From a virus: a stretch of DNA of 64,000 nucleotides. The notes beneath the pieces were generated by a model. It saw nothing but the letters and a program-made list of their open reading frames with translations. It ran no database searches and had not been told where the DNA came from. Location of the stretch: IMG/VR virus record IMGVR_UViG_3300045282_000084, positions 1 to 64,000 of that record; one strand, written 5' to 3'. Positions 1-8,217 of the stretch are shown here, in pieces; positions within the stretch are counted from its first letter, which is position 1; every line of letters begins with the position of its first letter. The translations under genes and the position numbers were made by a program.

Positions 1-371
1 GTCGAGTCTGTGGTGGAGCACCGATCAGCGCTCACCACCTCGTTCCCCGATCTCGTGGTGGTGACGATCTCTATCCTGGCAACCTTGTGCCACTATGTGG
101 CGACGGGACGCGTGGCTGCCATTCAGACGTGGAGCATTACAAGAGTAGCGCACGCTATCGCTTGCGTGCGACATTGACCGATCTGGAGATCAACTATGTG
201 GTAAAGAAGCGCGGCCAACCGTGGCTAGATCGACAGTACCCGATTGATGAGCGACAAGTACAAACATCTGAAACCCGATCGTCCGCGCACCTGCTTCAAC
301 GCAGTGGGGCAGCAAAAAACCCGCTTCCTCTCAAGGGCCGAAGCGGAGAAACACGCCGCCTCGCGGGATAG
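1..371 (+). CDS. HNH endonuclease (5'-truncated by the window edge)
   Basis: Frame 3 is open from the window start: (C)RVCGGAPISAHHLVPRSRGGDDLYPGNLVPLCGDGTRGCH = CxxC...HH..P...GG...NL..LC...CH HNH signature. Confidence 0.8.
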   Translation, partial: RVCGGAPISAHHLVPRSRGGDDLYPGNLVPLCGDGTRGCHSDVEHYKSSARYRLRATLTDLEINYVVKKRGQPWLDRQYPIDERQVQTSETRSSAHLLQRSGAAKNPLPLKGRSGETRRLAG

Positions 372-444
372 CGATCAAGTCGTGGCCTACCGGTGTCGTG
401 CGTGCGCTGGTTTCCATGTGGGAAAGCGCCGGGGTATCGTGTAA
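244..444 (+). CDS. small Zn-finger phage protein
   Basis: C...K.RF....AE...AYRCxxCxGFHVG pattern, typical of small phage proteins. Confidence 0.6.
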   Translation: MMSDKYKHLKPDRPRTCFNAVGQQKTRFLSRAEAEKHAASRDSDQVVAYRCRACAGFHVGKRRGIV

Positions 445-469
445 GCCGTAAAGCAGCAAGGAGATTGAT

Positions 470-682
470 ATGGCACGAGGCAAGATCATCGAGATCCAGC
501 GGAACGGAAAGGCGACTGCCGAGTACGACGACGGATCAACGCGAATCGGACATATCGATCTGATTCCCGGTGGAGGAATGAGGTTCGTCCCAGTCGAAGT
601 CTGGAACGAGTCGGTGGAACCGCTCCCTGAGCCCCCAAGCGTGAAGCGCGTGGTGGCCGAAGCGAATCTGCCCGGAGCATGA
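470..682 (+). CDS. hypothetical protein
   Basis: AGGAG RBS upstream; stop overlaps the next ATG (ATGA). Confidence 0.6.
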   Translation: MARGKIIEIQRNGKATAEYDDGSTRIGHIDLIPGGGMRFVPVEVWNESVEPLPEPPSVKRVVAEANLPGA

Positions 683-825
683 ATGTGAGTTGCGCCATCT
701 TGGGCCACACGCCCAAGCAGTCGGCCGATGGCAAAGTGGGCGAGATTCAGTGGGTGTGCTCTCGATGCGGACGGACTCTTGGGCCAGTGAAGGTGCGGTT
801 CCGAGACCGCATCGATACCAAGTGA
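679..825 (+). CDS. 48-aa Zn-binding protein (DUF1660-like, CxxxGH...CxRCG); not in the ORF track
   Basis: MNVSCAILGHTPK...WVCSRCGRTLG; ATGA coupling; fills the gap before the portal gene. Confidence 0.6.
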   Translation: MNVSCAILGHTPKQSADGKVGEIQWVCSRCGRTLGPVKVRFRDRIDTK

Positions 826-832
826 GGACACC

Positions 833-3118
833 ATGGCGATTGCCGAGGTACGCCAGGGAGCCGTAGAGAGGTTCCGTCGAGCCTGGTCGAGCAAGGGCTA
901 TCAGGGGGTTTACCCCGCCACCGAAGTGGGGTGGAGGCAGGGGATGAACTACTCCACCCAGGCCAGCGCCATCTCGAACATCATCGGTGCGCCGGGCACC
1001 CCTCGCAGAGTCCAGGCTCTCTCGGAAATCTACGGCGGCACCGACAACGCCGACTCTTGGGTCTTCTCTTGCATCTCCCTGATCGCAGGGACTGGTGCGT
1101 CCTACGAGTGGTCGATCACGACGCCAGGCGTCGGCAAGCAGCGTCAACCTGTAGAGAGTCCCCCGCCTGAGCTGATCGACCTGCTCGGCTACCCCAACCC
1201 GCAGATCACGTACTTCGACTTCGCCGAGGACGTGTTCACCGACATGGATCTGTTCGGCAACTCGTACTGGCTGATGGACCGTATGAACGGGCTCGGTCAA
1301 CCAGCAGAGCTGCTGAGGCTGGAGCCCGAGTACATCCAGGCCGTCGCCGACATGCGAGACAACCTGATCGGCTGGGTGTACACGGTCGGCTCGGTGCAGA
1401 TTCCCTACCGGTTGGATGAGATCGTCCAGTTCCGCACTCGCAATCCCATGCCGCGCATCGGTCGCTTCTACGGCATGGGGACGGTCGAAGCTCTGATCAG
1501 GTCGGTCGAGTCTGATCTCGCTCAGACCCAGCATGTGGTCAGCTTCTTCACCAACGGTGCCCGCATCTCTGGCGTCCTGACTTCGGCGGAGCCGATGACA
1601 CCGGAGCAGTTCCGAAACGTGCAGCTCCAGTTCCAGGAGGAGTACGGTGGCGCGGGCAACGCCTACAAGATGCTGATCGCCGATGGGTCGAGCCGGTACC
1701 AGCCCATCTCTCAAGGCCCAGCCTCGCTCGGCATCGTGGATCTGCGCAAGCTCCAGAAGGACGAGTTGCTGTCGGGGTTCAACGTGCCTGAGTTCCTGCT
1801 TGGTGGTGCCGCCCAGGCTGGTGTGTACAAGATGGAGGAAGCCCAGAACGTGTTCTACCGAGGCATGCTGCCTCGGGCCATGCGCTTCGAGCAGAAGTTG
1901 CAGCGGATGCTAACAGCGCGGTGGAAGCTTGGTTTCGACGTGGCGACCGGTGTGACCGAGCCGATGAGCATCAAGGTCGCGCGCTCGCGCGAGATGATGG
2001 GCACGGGGGCGAGTCTGAACCAGATCCTTGAGAACCAGTCGCTGCCGAAGATCACCCACCCCGAAGCCGACGTACCGTTGCTCCCAGGCGGAATCACCCC
2101 CTGGTACGCCGCTGCGGGCATGGACCCACCGACACCACCCGCACTACCTGGCGGTGCACAGGGTGACGGTACGCCCACGATCAACGAGTCGTCAGGCGAG
2201 CAGGGTCCAGGCAACCCGAGCACGAACCCGACCCGACAGGATCAGCAGGCAGAGTCGCTTCCCGACCTGGATACGAAGGAGCTTGAGAAGTCGCAGGGGC
2301 TCAAGCCACCGCCGCTCCCTGACGGCTACGAGAAGCTGACCGCGATCAAGGCCATCCGCATCCGCCCCGCCGTGATGCAGACGGCGCTCGACGTGCAGGG
2401 CGAGTTCCTAAACACGGTCACGCCCCAGGTTCGACAGGCGTTTGTGCTGTTCTTCACCGGTCAGCGCAACCGGGTGATGGACAAGCTCTCCGAGTTCAAG
2501 GGCTACCTGCGCCGCTCTGATTCGACGCGCAAGCAGGGCCGGTCGGTCTCAGAGTTGGACATCGATCAGCTCTGGGATCGCCCCACCGAGGACTTGGCGC
2601 TAACGACCATGTACATGCGCCAGATCGACACCTGGGGGCCGCGGGCGCTGGCTCTGGTGTCGGAGATCACCACACCGGGCTTGATCTGGGCGGCTGAGAA
2701 TGAGCACGTGTCTGAGGCTCGACAGCGACTGACCAGGGCCATCCCTCGCGTGAATGAAACGACCCGTTCTGACCTGCGCCAGCAGATCATCGTTGGTCTT
2801 CGTCGTCGGTACACGACGGCTCAGATTGCCAACGGCGTCTCGCAGGAGAACTACACAGGGATCATGGGAATATTCGATGATGCCGTGGCCAAGCGGTCAG
2901 AAGTGATTGCTCGCACCGAGTCGGGAATGATGTTCTCCCGTGCCGCCATCGCCACCTACGAAGCCGGTGGTGTGAAGATGGTCGAGGTCTACGATGGCAC
3001 CGAGTTCGATGCCGAATGCGCAGCGGCAAACGGTCAGCTCTGGTCTCTTGACGAGGCCGACTCAAACCCACAGGAGCACCCCAACTGCGTGCGTTTCTTT
3101 GTGCCCGTGTCAAAGTAA
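833..3118 (+). CDS. HK97-family portal protein fused to a C-terminal MuF/SPP1 gp7-like head morphogenesis domain
   Basis: Portal motifs (L..PNP..T..DF, LFGNSYW, LxRLxP, EIVQFR, YGMG, FFxNGA..SGVL, FNVP); P/Q-rich linker; MuF motifs IARTE...DAEC...NG...HPNC. Confidence 0.9.
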   Translation: MAIAEVRQGAVERFRRAWSSKGYQGVYPATEVGWRQGMNYSTQASAISNIIGAPGTPRRVQALSEIYGGTDNADSWVFSCISLIAGTGASYEWSITTPGVGKQRQPVESPPPELIDLLGYPNPQITYFDFAEDVFTDMDLFGNSYWLMDRMNGLGQPAELLRLEPEYIQAVADMRDNLIGWVYTVGSVQIPYRLDEIVQFRTRNPMPRIGRFYGMGTVEALIRSVESDLAQTQHVVSFFTNGARISGVLTSAEPMTPEQFRNVQLQFQEEYGGAGNAYKMLIADGSSRYQPISQGPASLGIVDLRKLQKDELLSGFNVPEFLLGGAAQAGVYKMEEAQNVFYRGMLPRAMRFEQKLQRMLTARWKLGFDVATGVTEPMSIKVARSREMMGTGASLNQILENQSLPKITHPEADVPLLPGGITPWYAAAGMDPPTPPALPGGAQGDGTPTINESSGEQGPGNPSTNPTRQDQQAESLPDLDTKELEKSQGLKPPPLPDGYEKLTAIKAIRIRPAVMQTALDVQGEFLNTVTPQVRQAFVLFFTGQRNRVMDKLSEFKGYLRRSDSTRKQGRSVSELDIDQLWDRPTEDLALTTMYMRQIDTWGPRALALVSEITTPGLIWAAENEHVSEARQRLTRAIPRVNETTRSDLRQQIIVGLRRRYTTAQIANGVSQENYTGIMGIFDDAVAKRSEVIARTESGMMFSRAAIATYEAGGVKMVEVYDGTEFDAECAAANGQLWSLDEADSNPQEHPNCVRFFVPVSK

Positions 3119-3176
3119 CTGTGGATGTTGTCCGAGGATATGGCTACAGTCTGCGTACCTAGTCTGAGGAGAGAGC

Positions 3177-4274
3177 ATGCCAACTTCAAGCGCAGGGCGA
3201 TGGTACGAGGACGACGAAGCCGCTCCGCGTGCGGATGTCGCCTCAAACACCCTCGTCGCAGTTCCGGCGACCACGTTCACCACTCCGTTCAACACTGAGG
3301 ACGCCCTCGCGTTCGCAGCCACGCTGAATGTCGGCGCATTCACCGGCACCGGCTCCCCGACGCTCGTCGTCACACTCCAGTCCGCGAACGATCAGCCCAA
3401 CACCGGCACCTACGCGGTGCAGCAGCTCCAGTATTCGGGCACCGTCACCGGCGGAACCTTCACGCTCACTTACGGCGGTCAGACGACGGCTGCGATCCCC
3501 TACAACGCGACTGGCGCCCAGATTCAGGCAGCACTCGCGTTGCTGTCGAGTGTCGGCGTTGGCCCGCAGGGACAGGTCAACATCCAGGTGACTGGTGCTC
3601 CATTCGGCCTTGGCCAGGCACTCGTCGGCCAGGGCGCGATCGCGAACATCATGTTCCAGAACAACCTCGTTGGTCCGCAGTCCACAGTCACCGTGAACAA
3701 CGGTGCCATCACCGGGGGCGGCACCGTGGTGGCCTCCTCGCTGATCACTGGAGTCGCCCCCGGTGGTACCGCTGCGGTGCAGTCGCTGCATGCTTCGGCA
3801 GCGATCTCAGCGGGCACCTACACGATCACCTATGGCGGTCAGGTCACCGCCCCACTCCAGTGGAACGCCACCGCCGCCCAGGTGCAGACTGCGCTCGCAG
3901 CGCTCTCGAACCTTGGCGTTGGCGCTGTCACCGTGACCGGCGGCACCTTCTCAACTCCCACCGACTACACCTGCACGTTCACGCGGGCGAACCCGTTCCA
4001 GGGCCCGGCTCTGCCGTTCACGATTCAGCCGACCGGAATCACTGGTGGCACACTGTCGGTCGTGCAGACGACCGCAGGCGTGGCGGCGATTGAGACCGAC
4101 TGGTTCGACGTGAAGGCGTTCCCCGACACGTTCACCGCTCCGACCGGTGGCCAGTCGCGTGCAGTCTTTGGCCCGCTGGCCGCGTTCTGTCGCTGGAAGG
4201 TCGTGACGGCGGTGGGCTCGGTCATCTCGTGCACCTACGACATTACCGGCACAACCGAGAAGCGGCGTTCCTGA
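3177..4274 (+). CDS. putative virion structural protein with two copies of a 'GGTFTLTYGGQTT..I..NAT.AQ.Q.AL' module
   Basis: T/G/A-rich beta-type sequence; module shared with the tail tube and a minor tail protein; AGGAG RBS. Confidence 0.65.
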   Translation: MPTSSAGRWYEDDEAAPRADVASNTLVAVPATTFTTPFNTEDALAFAATLNVGAFTGTGSPTLVVTLQSANDQPNTGTYAVQQLQYSGTVTGGTFTLTYGGQTTAAIPYNATGAQIQAALALLSSVGVGPQGQVNIQVTGAPFGLGQALVGQGAIANIMFQNNLVGPQSTVTVNNGAITGGGTVVASSLITGVAPGGTAAVQSLHASAAISAGTYTITYGGQVTAPLQWNATAAQVQTALAALSNLGVGAVTVTGGTFSTPTDYTCTFTRANPFQGPALPFTIQPTGITGGTLSVVQTTAGVAAIETDWFDVKAFPDTFTAPTGGQSRAVFGPLAAFCRWKVVTAVGSVISCTYDITGTTEKRRS

Positions 4275-4285
4275 AAGGGAGGACA

Positions 4286-4708
4286 ATGGACCGCAAGAGC
4301 ATCAACATTCTGCCCCCGCATGAGGGGCCAAGTGTTCAGACGAGCGACATCCAGGGGCCGCAGGGGAACACAAATCCCCCGCTGTCTCCGGTCACGAACT
4401 CTCCAGAGCATCGGGGTGGGTACTTCAACGACGACTCTGTGAACGGCCACGACTACGACGGCCCTCCAACTCATGGGCCGCTGCATTCGACAACGAGCCC
4501 TGTTGGGGCTGATCATCCCTACCTCGATGGCGACACGCAGGATTCCTACGCGGGCCCTCCATACGGACGCACCGCGCGGGGCGCAGCAGACGGCGGCGTC
4601 AGCCGCGATGCCTTTGGCAACTACAACCCGAATGAGCCCGCCACGTCGGGCCGCACCGCTCGCGGCGCTGCTGATGGCGGGATCGGTTACCCCTACAACG
4701 GGCACTGA
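4286..4708 (+). CDS. hypothetical low-complexity protein with duplicated GRTARGAADGG
   Basis: GGAGG RBS before ATG 4286; G/D/P/Y-rich. Confidence 0.55.
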   Translation: MDRKSINILPPHEGPSVQTSDIQGPQGNTNPPLSPVTNSPEHRGGYFNDDSVNGHDYDGPPTHGPLHSTTSPVGADHPYLDGDTQDSYAGPPYGRTARGAADGGVSRDAFGNYNPNEPATSGRTARGAADGGIGYPYNGH

Positions 4709-4720
4709 TCGAGGGAGCGC

Positions 4721-5764
4721 ATGGGCGTTCTGGAACAGGAGCGAATCGCAGAGCGAGAGTTCTGCGTCGATGTCCCCTTCGAGGTCAAGTCCGCTGACGG
4801 TTCCAAGTCTGGCGACCTGAGTCTCAAGGGGCTGGCGTCCACGTGGATGGAGGACAGGGACGGCGAGACCGTCGATCGGCACGCCTTTGACGAGGACCTG
4901 CCGACCTACATGAGCACCAACCCGATCCTGCTCTGGCAGCACTCGCAGGAGATGCCGCTGGGTCAGGTCACAACTGCTCAGGTCAGCGACGCTGGGCTGG
5001 CTGTCAAGGCGTTCGTGCCCAAGCCGACCACTGGCATGTCCGCGTGGAAGTTCGACGCCTACAACGACATCAAGCGCGGCGTCGTGCGCACCTTCTCCAT
5101 CGGTGGGCTGATGCAGCGAGAGCTGCGCTGGCCCGCCAACGGTGATGGGACTCCCAACTACGACGTAGACCCGAAAATCTTCATCCCTCGGGTCATGTTG
5201 CTCGAAATCAGTTGCGTGTCCATCCCGGCAAACCCTGGGTCTCTGTACGAGGCTGCGGTCAAGTCGATCAAGGGAGCGGGAGTGGGGCCTGTGCTGACAG
5301 ACAACGTGAAGGAGCAGATGGCACAGCTCCTGGGAATGAAGGCCGTCACCGACGAGGCGCTCAAGGCCATGTCTGATGACGAGCGCGAGCGGCATTTTGC
5401 TGCTCTCTCTCGCCTGTACCAGCGCTGTGGTCTGGTCGCCCCTGAGCGCGATTCATGGAAGCGAGCCGCGGGGGTGATGGAGAAGGCGACGAGCGCGAAC
5501 ACCATCCTGATGGCTACGATTCCCCCACTGATGCTGACCCTGGGGATGGTCAAGACCGGCCGGGGTGGGAACGTCAGTGAGCAGGATCGCGAAGAAGCCC
5601 GTCACGTGAGCATCGATCGCGTGGCTGCTGCACTCAAGGGCGAGAAGTTCGATGACGACTCGGCGACTGATCCATCGGAGAAGATGGCTCAGATCGACGC
5701 AATCAAGCAGTTGGGCCTTGCGATCGCGGGCCTCGGAACCGACACGGGAGGGACGGATGGCTGA
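4721..5764 (+). CDS. HK97-family prohead (maturation) protease
   Basis: GLAST...DRDGE.V...AF, NPILLWQH, FSIGG, LLEISCVSIPANP. Confidence 0.92.
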   Translation: MGVLEQERIAEREFCVDVPFEVKSADGSKSGDLSLKGLASTWMEDRDGETVDRHAFDEDLPTYMSTNPILLWQHSQEMPLGQVTTAQVSDAGLAVKAFVPKPTTGMSAWKFDAYNDIKRGVVRTFSIGGLMQRELRWPANGDGTPNYDVDPKIFIPRVMLLEISCVSIPANPGSLYEAAVKSIKGAGVGPVLTDNVKEQMAQLLGMKAVTDEALKAMSDDERERHFAALSRLYQRCGLVAPERDSWKRAAGVMEKATSANTILMATIPPLMLTLGMVKTGRGGNVSEQDREEARHVSIDRVAAALKGEKFDDDSATDPSEKMAQIDAIKQLGLAIAGLGTDTGGTDG

Positions 5765-6131
5765 CAAGGCCAAGGACAATGCTCCCTCGGCTGAGGCGCA
5801 CGCCGCTCTCCAGTCCGAGGTCGCGGCGATGCGGGCGCGGCTCGCGCAGATGGAGCGCGACCACACCAGGCTCCAGCGCGAGGCGAACGTTCAGGGAGTC
5901 AAGGTCACCCAGGGGGTGCCCTCAAAGCTGGTCGTGGTCATGCCCGGCAACACCGTCGTCACGCCCGATGGCGTACAGCACGAGGAAGGCGACGAGTTCG
6001 TGTATCCGTGGGGGCCATCGGCGGACGAGATGGAGGGTCTGGGCCACATTCAGATCCTGAACCACGACGCTTCCGACCATCCCGATTCCGACGCCGCCAA
6101 GGAGCGGTGGGAGGTCAAGGCAAATGCATAG
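5757..6131 (+). CDS. hypothetical protein (coiled coil plus small domain)
   Basis: GGAGG RBS, ATG 5757; overlaps both neighbouring genes. Confidence 0.6.
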   Translation: MADKAKDNAPSAEAHAALQSEVAAMRARLAQMERDHTRLQREANVQGVKVTQGVPSKLVVVMPGNTVVTPDGVQHEEGDEFVYPWGPSADEMEGLGHIQILNHDASDHPDSDAAKERWEVKANA

Positions 6132-6855
6132 CGTCCAGGCACTGCTGAACAAGATGGACCACCGCGAGCTTGTCGATCTGGTCGGCGAGGTCGGAGAGAA
6201 GAACATCGTCCAGGTCAGGGTTGACCGTGCCAGCTACGTTGGCAAGCGGGTCACCTACCTGCGCAAGCACCGCGAGGTGCTCGACGCCAAGGCGGTCATC
6301 ACTCAGGCGATGCTGTTCGAGTACGACCGCCTGCGGGCTTTGTCAGGGAAGGTGCCGCTGTACGTGCCCGAGGCGATCAGGCGCTGCGGTGGAGAGCTGG
6401 TGTCGATCAGGTCCAACCTGCGCACGAACGCTGGCATCAACTACACCAGCGTCCAGCTCGGTGGCGCAGCCTCGGCCACGGTCGCCAAGTGGATCGCGGT
6501 GACCAACAACACCAACGTCGCCAACGTGCTGAACACGTCGGCCAACACCACCACCTCCCAGATTTGCTGGGGTACGGCGACGGCGACCGATGCCGCCCCA
6601 TCCATCTCGCGTGGTGAGTACACCGCCCTGGGTGTCGCCCGAGCGGCTGCGACCTACGCCCACACCACGGCGGTCGCTTCCTATACGCAGACGCTGACCG
6701 ACACGGCGAGCGGTGCCTGCACGTCGCTCCAGGCTGCGGGTATGTTCGACTCGGCCTCACAGGGCGCAGGGACGCTGTTCTTCGAGACCCTGTTCACGGC
6801 CACCACGCTGGCCAACGCGGACCAGCTCACGCTGACCTGGACGGTGAACGCATGA
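6124..6855 (+). CDS. putative virion structural/fibre-anchoring protein
   Basis: C-terminal beta-rich region (RTNAG...WIAV...AGMFDSAS.G.L...F....L.N.DQLTLTWTV) resembling phage appendage-base proteins. Confidence 0.55.
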   Translation: MHSVQALLNKMDHRELVDLVGEVGEKNIVQVRVDRASYVGKRVTYLRKHREVLDAKAVITQAMLFEYDRLRALSGKVPLYVPEAIRRCGGELVSIRSNLRTNAGINYTSVQLGGAASATVAKWIAVTNNTNVANVLNTSANTTTSQICWGTATATDAAPSISRGEYTALGVARAAATYAHTTAVASYTQTLTDTASGACTSLQAAGMFDSASQGAGTLFFETLFTATTLANADQLTLTWTVNA

Positions 6856-6944
6856 TGGTGCTTGTTGCTGGCGGAGGTCTGCTGATCACGGTGCTGGTGA
6901 TCTTGGCAATCATCTGCTTGGTGCTGTACATCGTGCGCAGATGA
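6852..6944 (+). CDS. 30-aa single-pass membrane peptide; not in the ORF track
   Basis: MMVLVAGGGLLITVLVILAIICLVLYIVRR; ATGA coupling to the upstream gene. Confidence 0.55.
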   Translation: MMVLVAGGGLLITVLVILAIICLVLYIVRR

Positions 6945-6958
6945 AGGAGTGACCACCG

Positions 6959-7327
6959 ATGAAGATGCGGATCTGGCTGGTACTATCATCGGCCGTCATT
7001 ATTGGGCTGTTCGCAGCACCATCAGCGATGGGTCACCAGGCGGTGCCACAATGGTTGCTGACGACGGTTCACAATCTCGTGGTCTCCGACCAGAATCAGA
7101 CGAGCGAGATCGCCGCCCTGTCGGCGCATCAGGCCGATCAGGATCAGGTGATCTCCACGCTGGTGAGTCGGCTGTCGGCTGATGAGACCAAGCTGGCGTG
7201 CTTTCGTTCGATTGGAGTCACCGTCGCTCACGTGCGCACGCTGAACGGGGAGCATCGGTACGTGCTCAGAGTCCCGAGCCAGGTGGGCCGCACGCCCTTT
7301 GCGCGCCTGGTGAGGACGACCTGCTGA
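6959..7327 (+). CDS. secreted/exported protein with signal peptide and short coiled coil
   Basis: MKMRIWLVLSSAVIIGLFAAPSAMG signal-like N-terminus; AAGGAG RBS. Confidence 0.6.
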   Translation: MKMRIWLVLSSAVIIGLFAAPSAMGHQAVPQWLLTTVHNLVVSDQNQTSEIAALSAHQADQDQVISTLVSRLSADETKLACFRSIGVTVAHVRTLNGEHRYVLRVPSQVGRTPFARLVRTTC

Positions 7328-8209
7328 ATGGCTCGCAGCAAGATGGTCATCGCTGCGTCTCAGCATCTGGTTGACGCCAAACACTGTCTGTTCGGGGCGG
7401 ACGACAACTCGCGTGGGTTCACCGGCCCGCTTGGCATCGAGACGCAGATGGGCAAGGGCATGGGGGTGCGCAACCGCCACTACTCGTGGAACGCACCGGT
7501 AGGCACCATCGGGATCAACTGGGCGGCTGACTACACCAAGGGCCACATCCCCATGATTTCCCTCGGCGGTCAGGGCTACTCAGAGGAGATCGTGAAGGAG
7601 ATCGTCGCGGGCAATCACGACGCCTACTTCACCGCCATGTTCACGGCCATCAAGATGGGCAAGGGTATCTTCCGCCCGTGGATGGAGATGAACGGTGGTC
7701 ACAACACCTACTCGGCCGACACCGTGGCCTACATCGCCATGTGGAAGCGCGTGTATGAGCTGGCCCAGAAGGCGATGGCGACCAACCTGACCTGGGTCTT
7801 CTGTCCGCAGACGTTCGATCGCAAGAGCGTGTGGCCGAGCTACTGGCCGGGCGATGAGTACGTGGACTGGATGGGGCTCGATCTGTACCGCGACATCTTC
7901 GCCGCTGGAGATCCCTGGCGCTTGTGGGCGAACATGCACCACAAGCCCTTCTGCGTGTGCGAGTCGGGATTTCAGCAGGGCGTGCGGGTCAAGGGGTCTG
8001 ACGGCCGCAGCTACGACAAGGATGGAACGCTCACGGGCAACTCGCTGATCGACCAGGCTCGACTGGCGGTGAAGGCTCACCAGAACACGGTCATGTACCT
8101 GGTCTGGAACAACATCGGCCCCATCGGGGACGACTTCATCGACACCAGCCCCGAGTCCTTGCAGCAGTACCGGGCGTTCGCCGCTGACTCCTACTTCAAG
8201 TTCGTCTAG
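7328..8209 (+). CDS. glycoside hydrolase family 26-like (mannanase/glucanase clan GH-A)
   Basis: G.HDAY, IFRPWMEMNG (acid/base E), YIAMWKRV, WVFCP, YWPGDEYVDWMGLDLY, KPFCVCESG (nucleophile E). Confidence 0.85.
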   Translation: MARSKMVIAASQHLVDAKHCLFGADDNSRGFTGPLGIETQMGKGMGVRNRHYSWNAPVGTIGINWAADYTKGHIPMISLGGQGYSEEIVKEIVAGNHDAYFTAMFTAIKMGKGIFRPWMEMNGGHNTYSADTVAYIAMWKRVYELAQKAMATNLTWVFCPQTFDRKSVWPSYWPGDEYVDWMGLDLYRDIFAAGDPWRLWANMHHKPFCVCESGFQQGVRVKGSDGRSYDKDGTLTGNSLIDQARLAVKAHQNTVMYLVWNNIGPIGDDFIDTSPESLQQYRAFAADSYFKFV

Positions 8210-8217
8210 GGGCTGCG

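Noticed and set aside
194-205. CTATGTGGTAAA matching the 48.8-kb repeat
   Set aside because: It lies inside the HNH coding frame (NYVVK) with no well-spaced -35; probably chance, though not excluded
536-1714. Long antisense ORF over the portal (also 4235-5395, 14922-16253, 34071-35051)
   Set aside because: Shadow ORFs expected from high-GC codon bias; the + strand has clear family motifs
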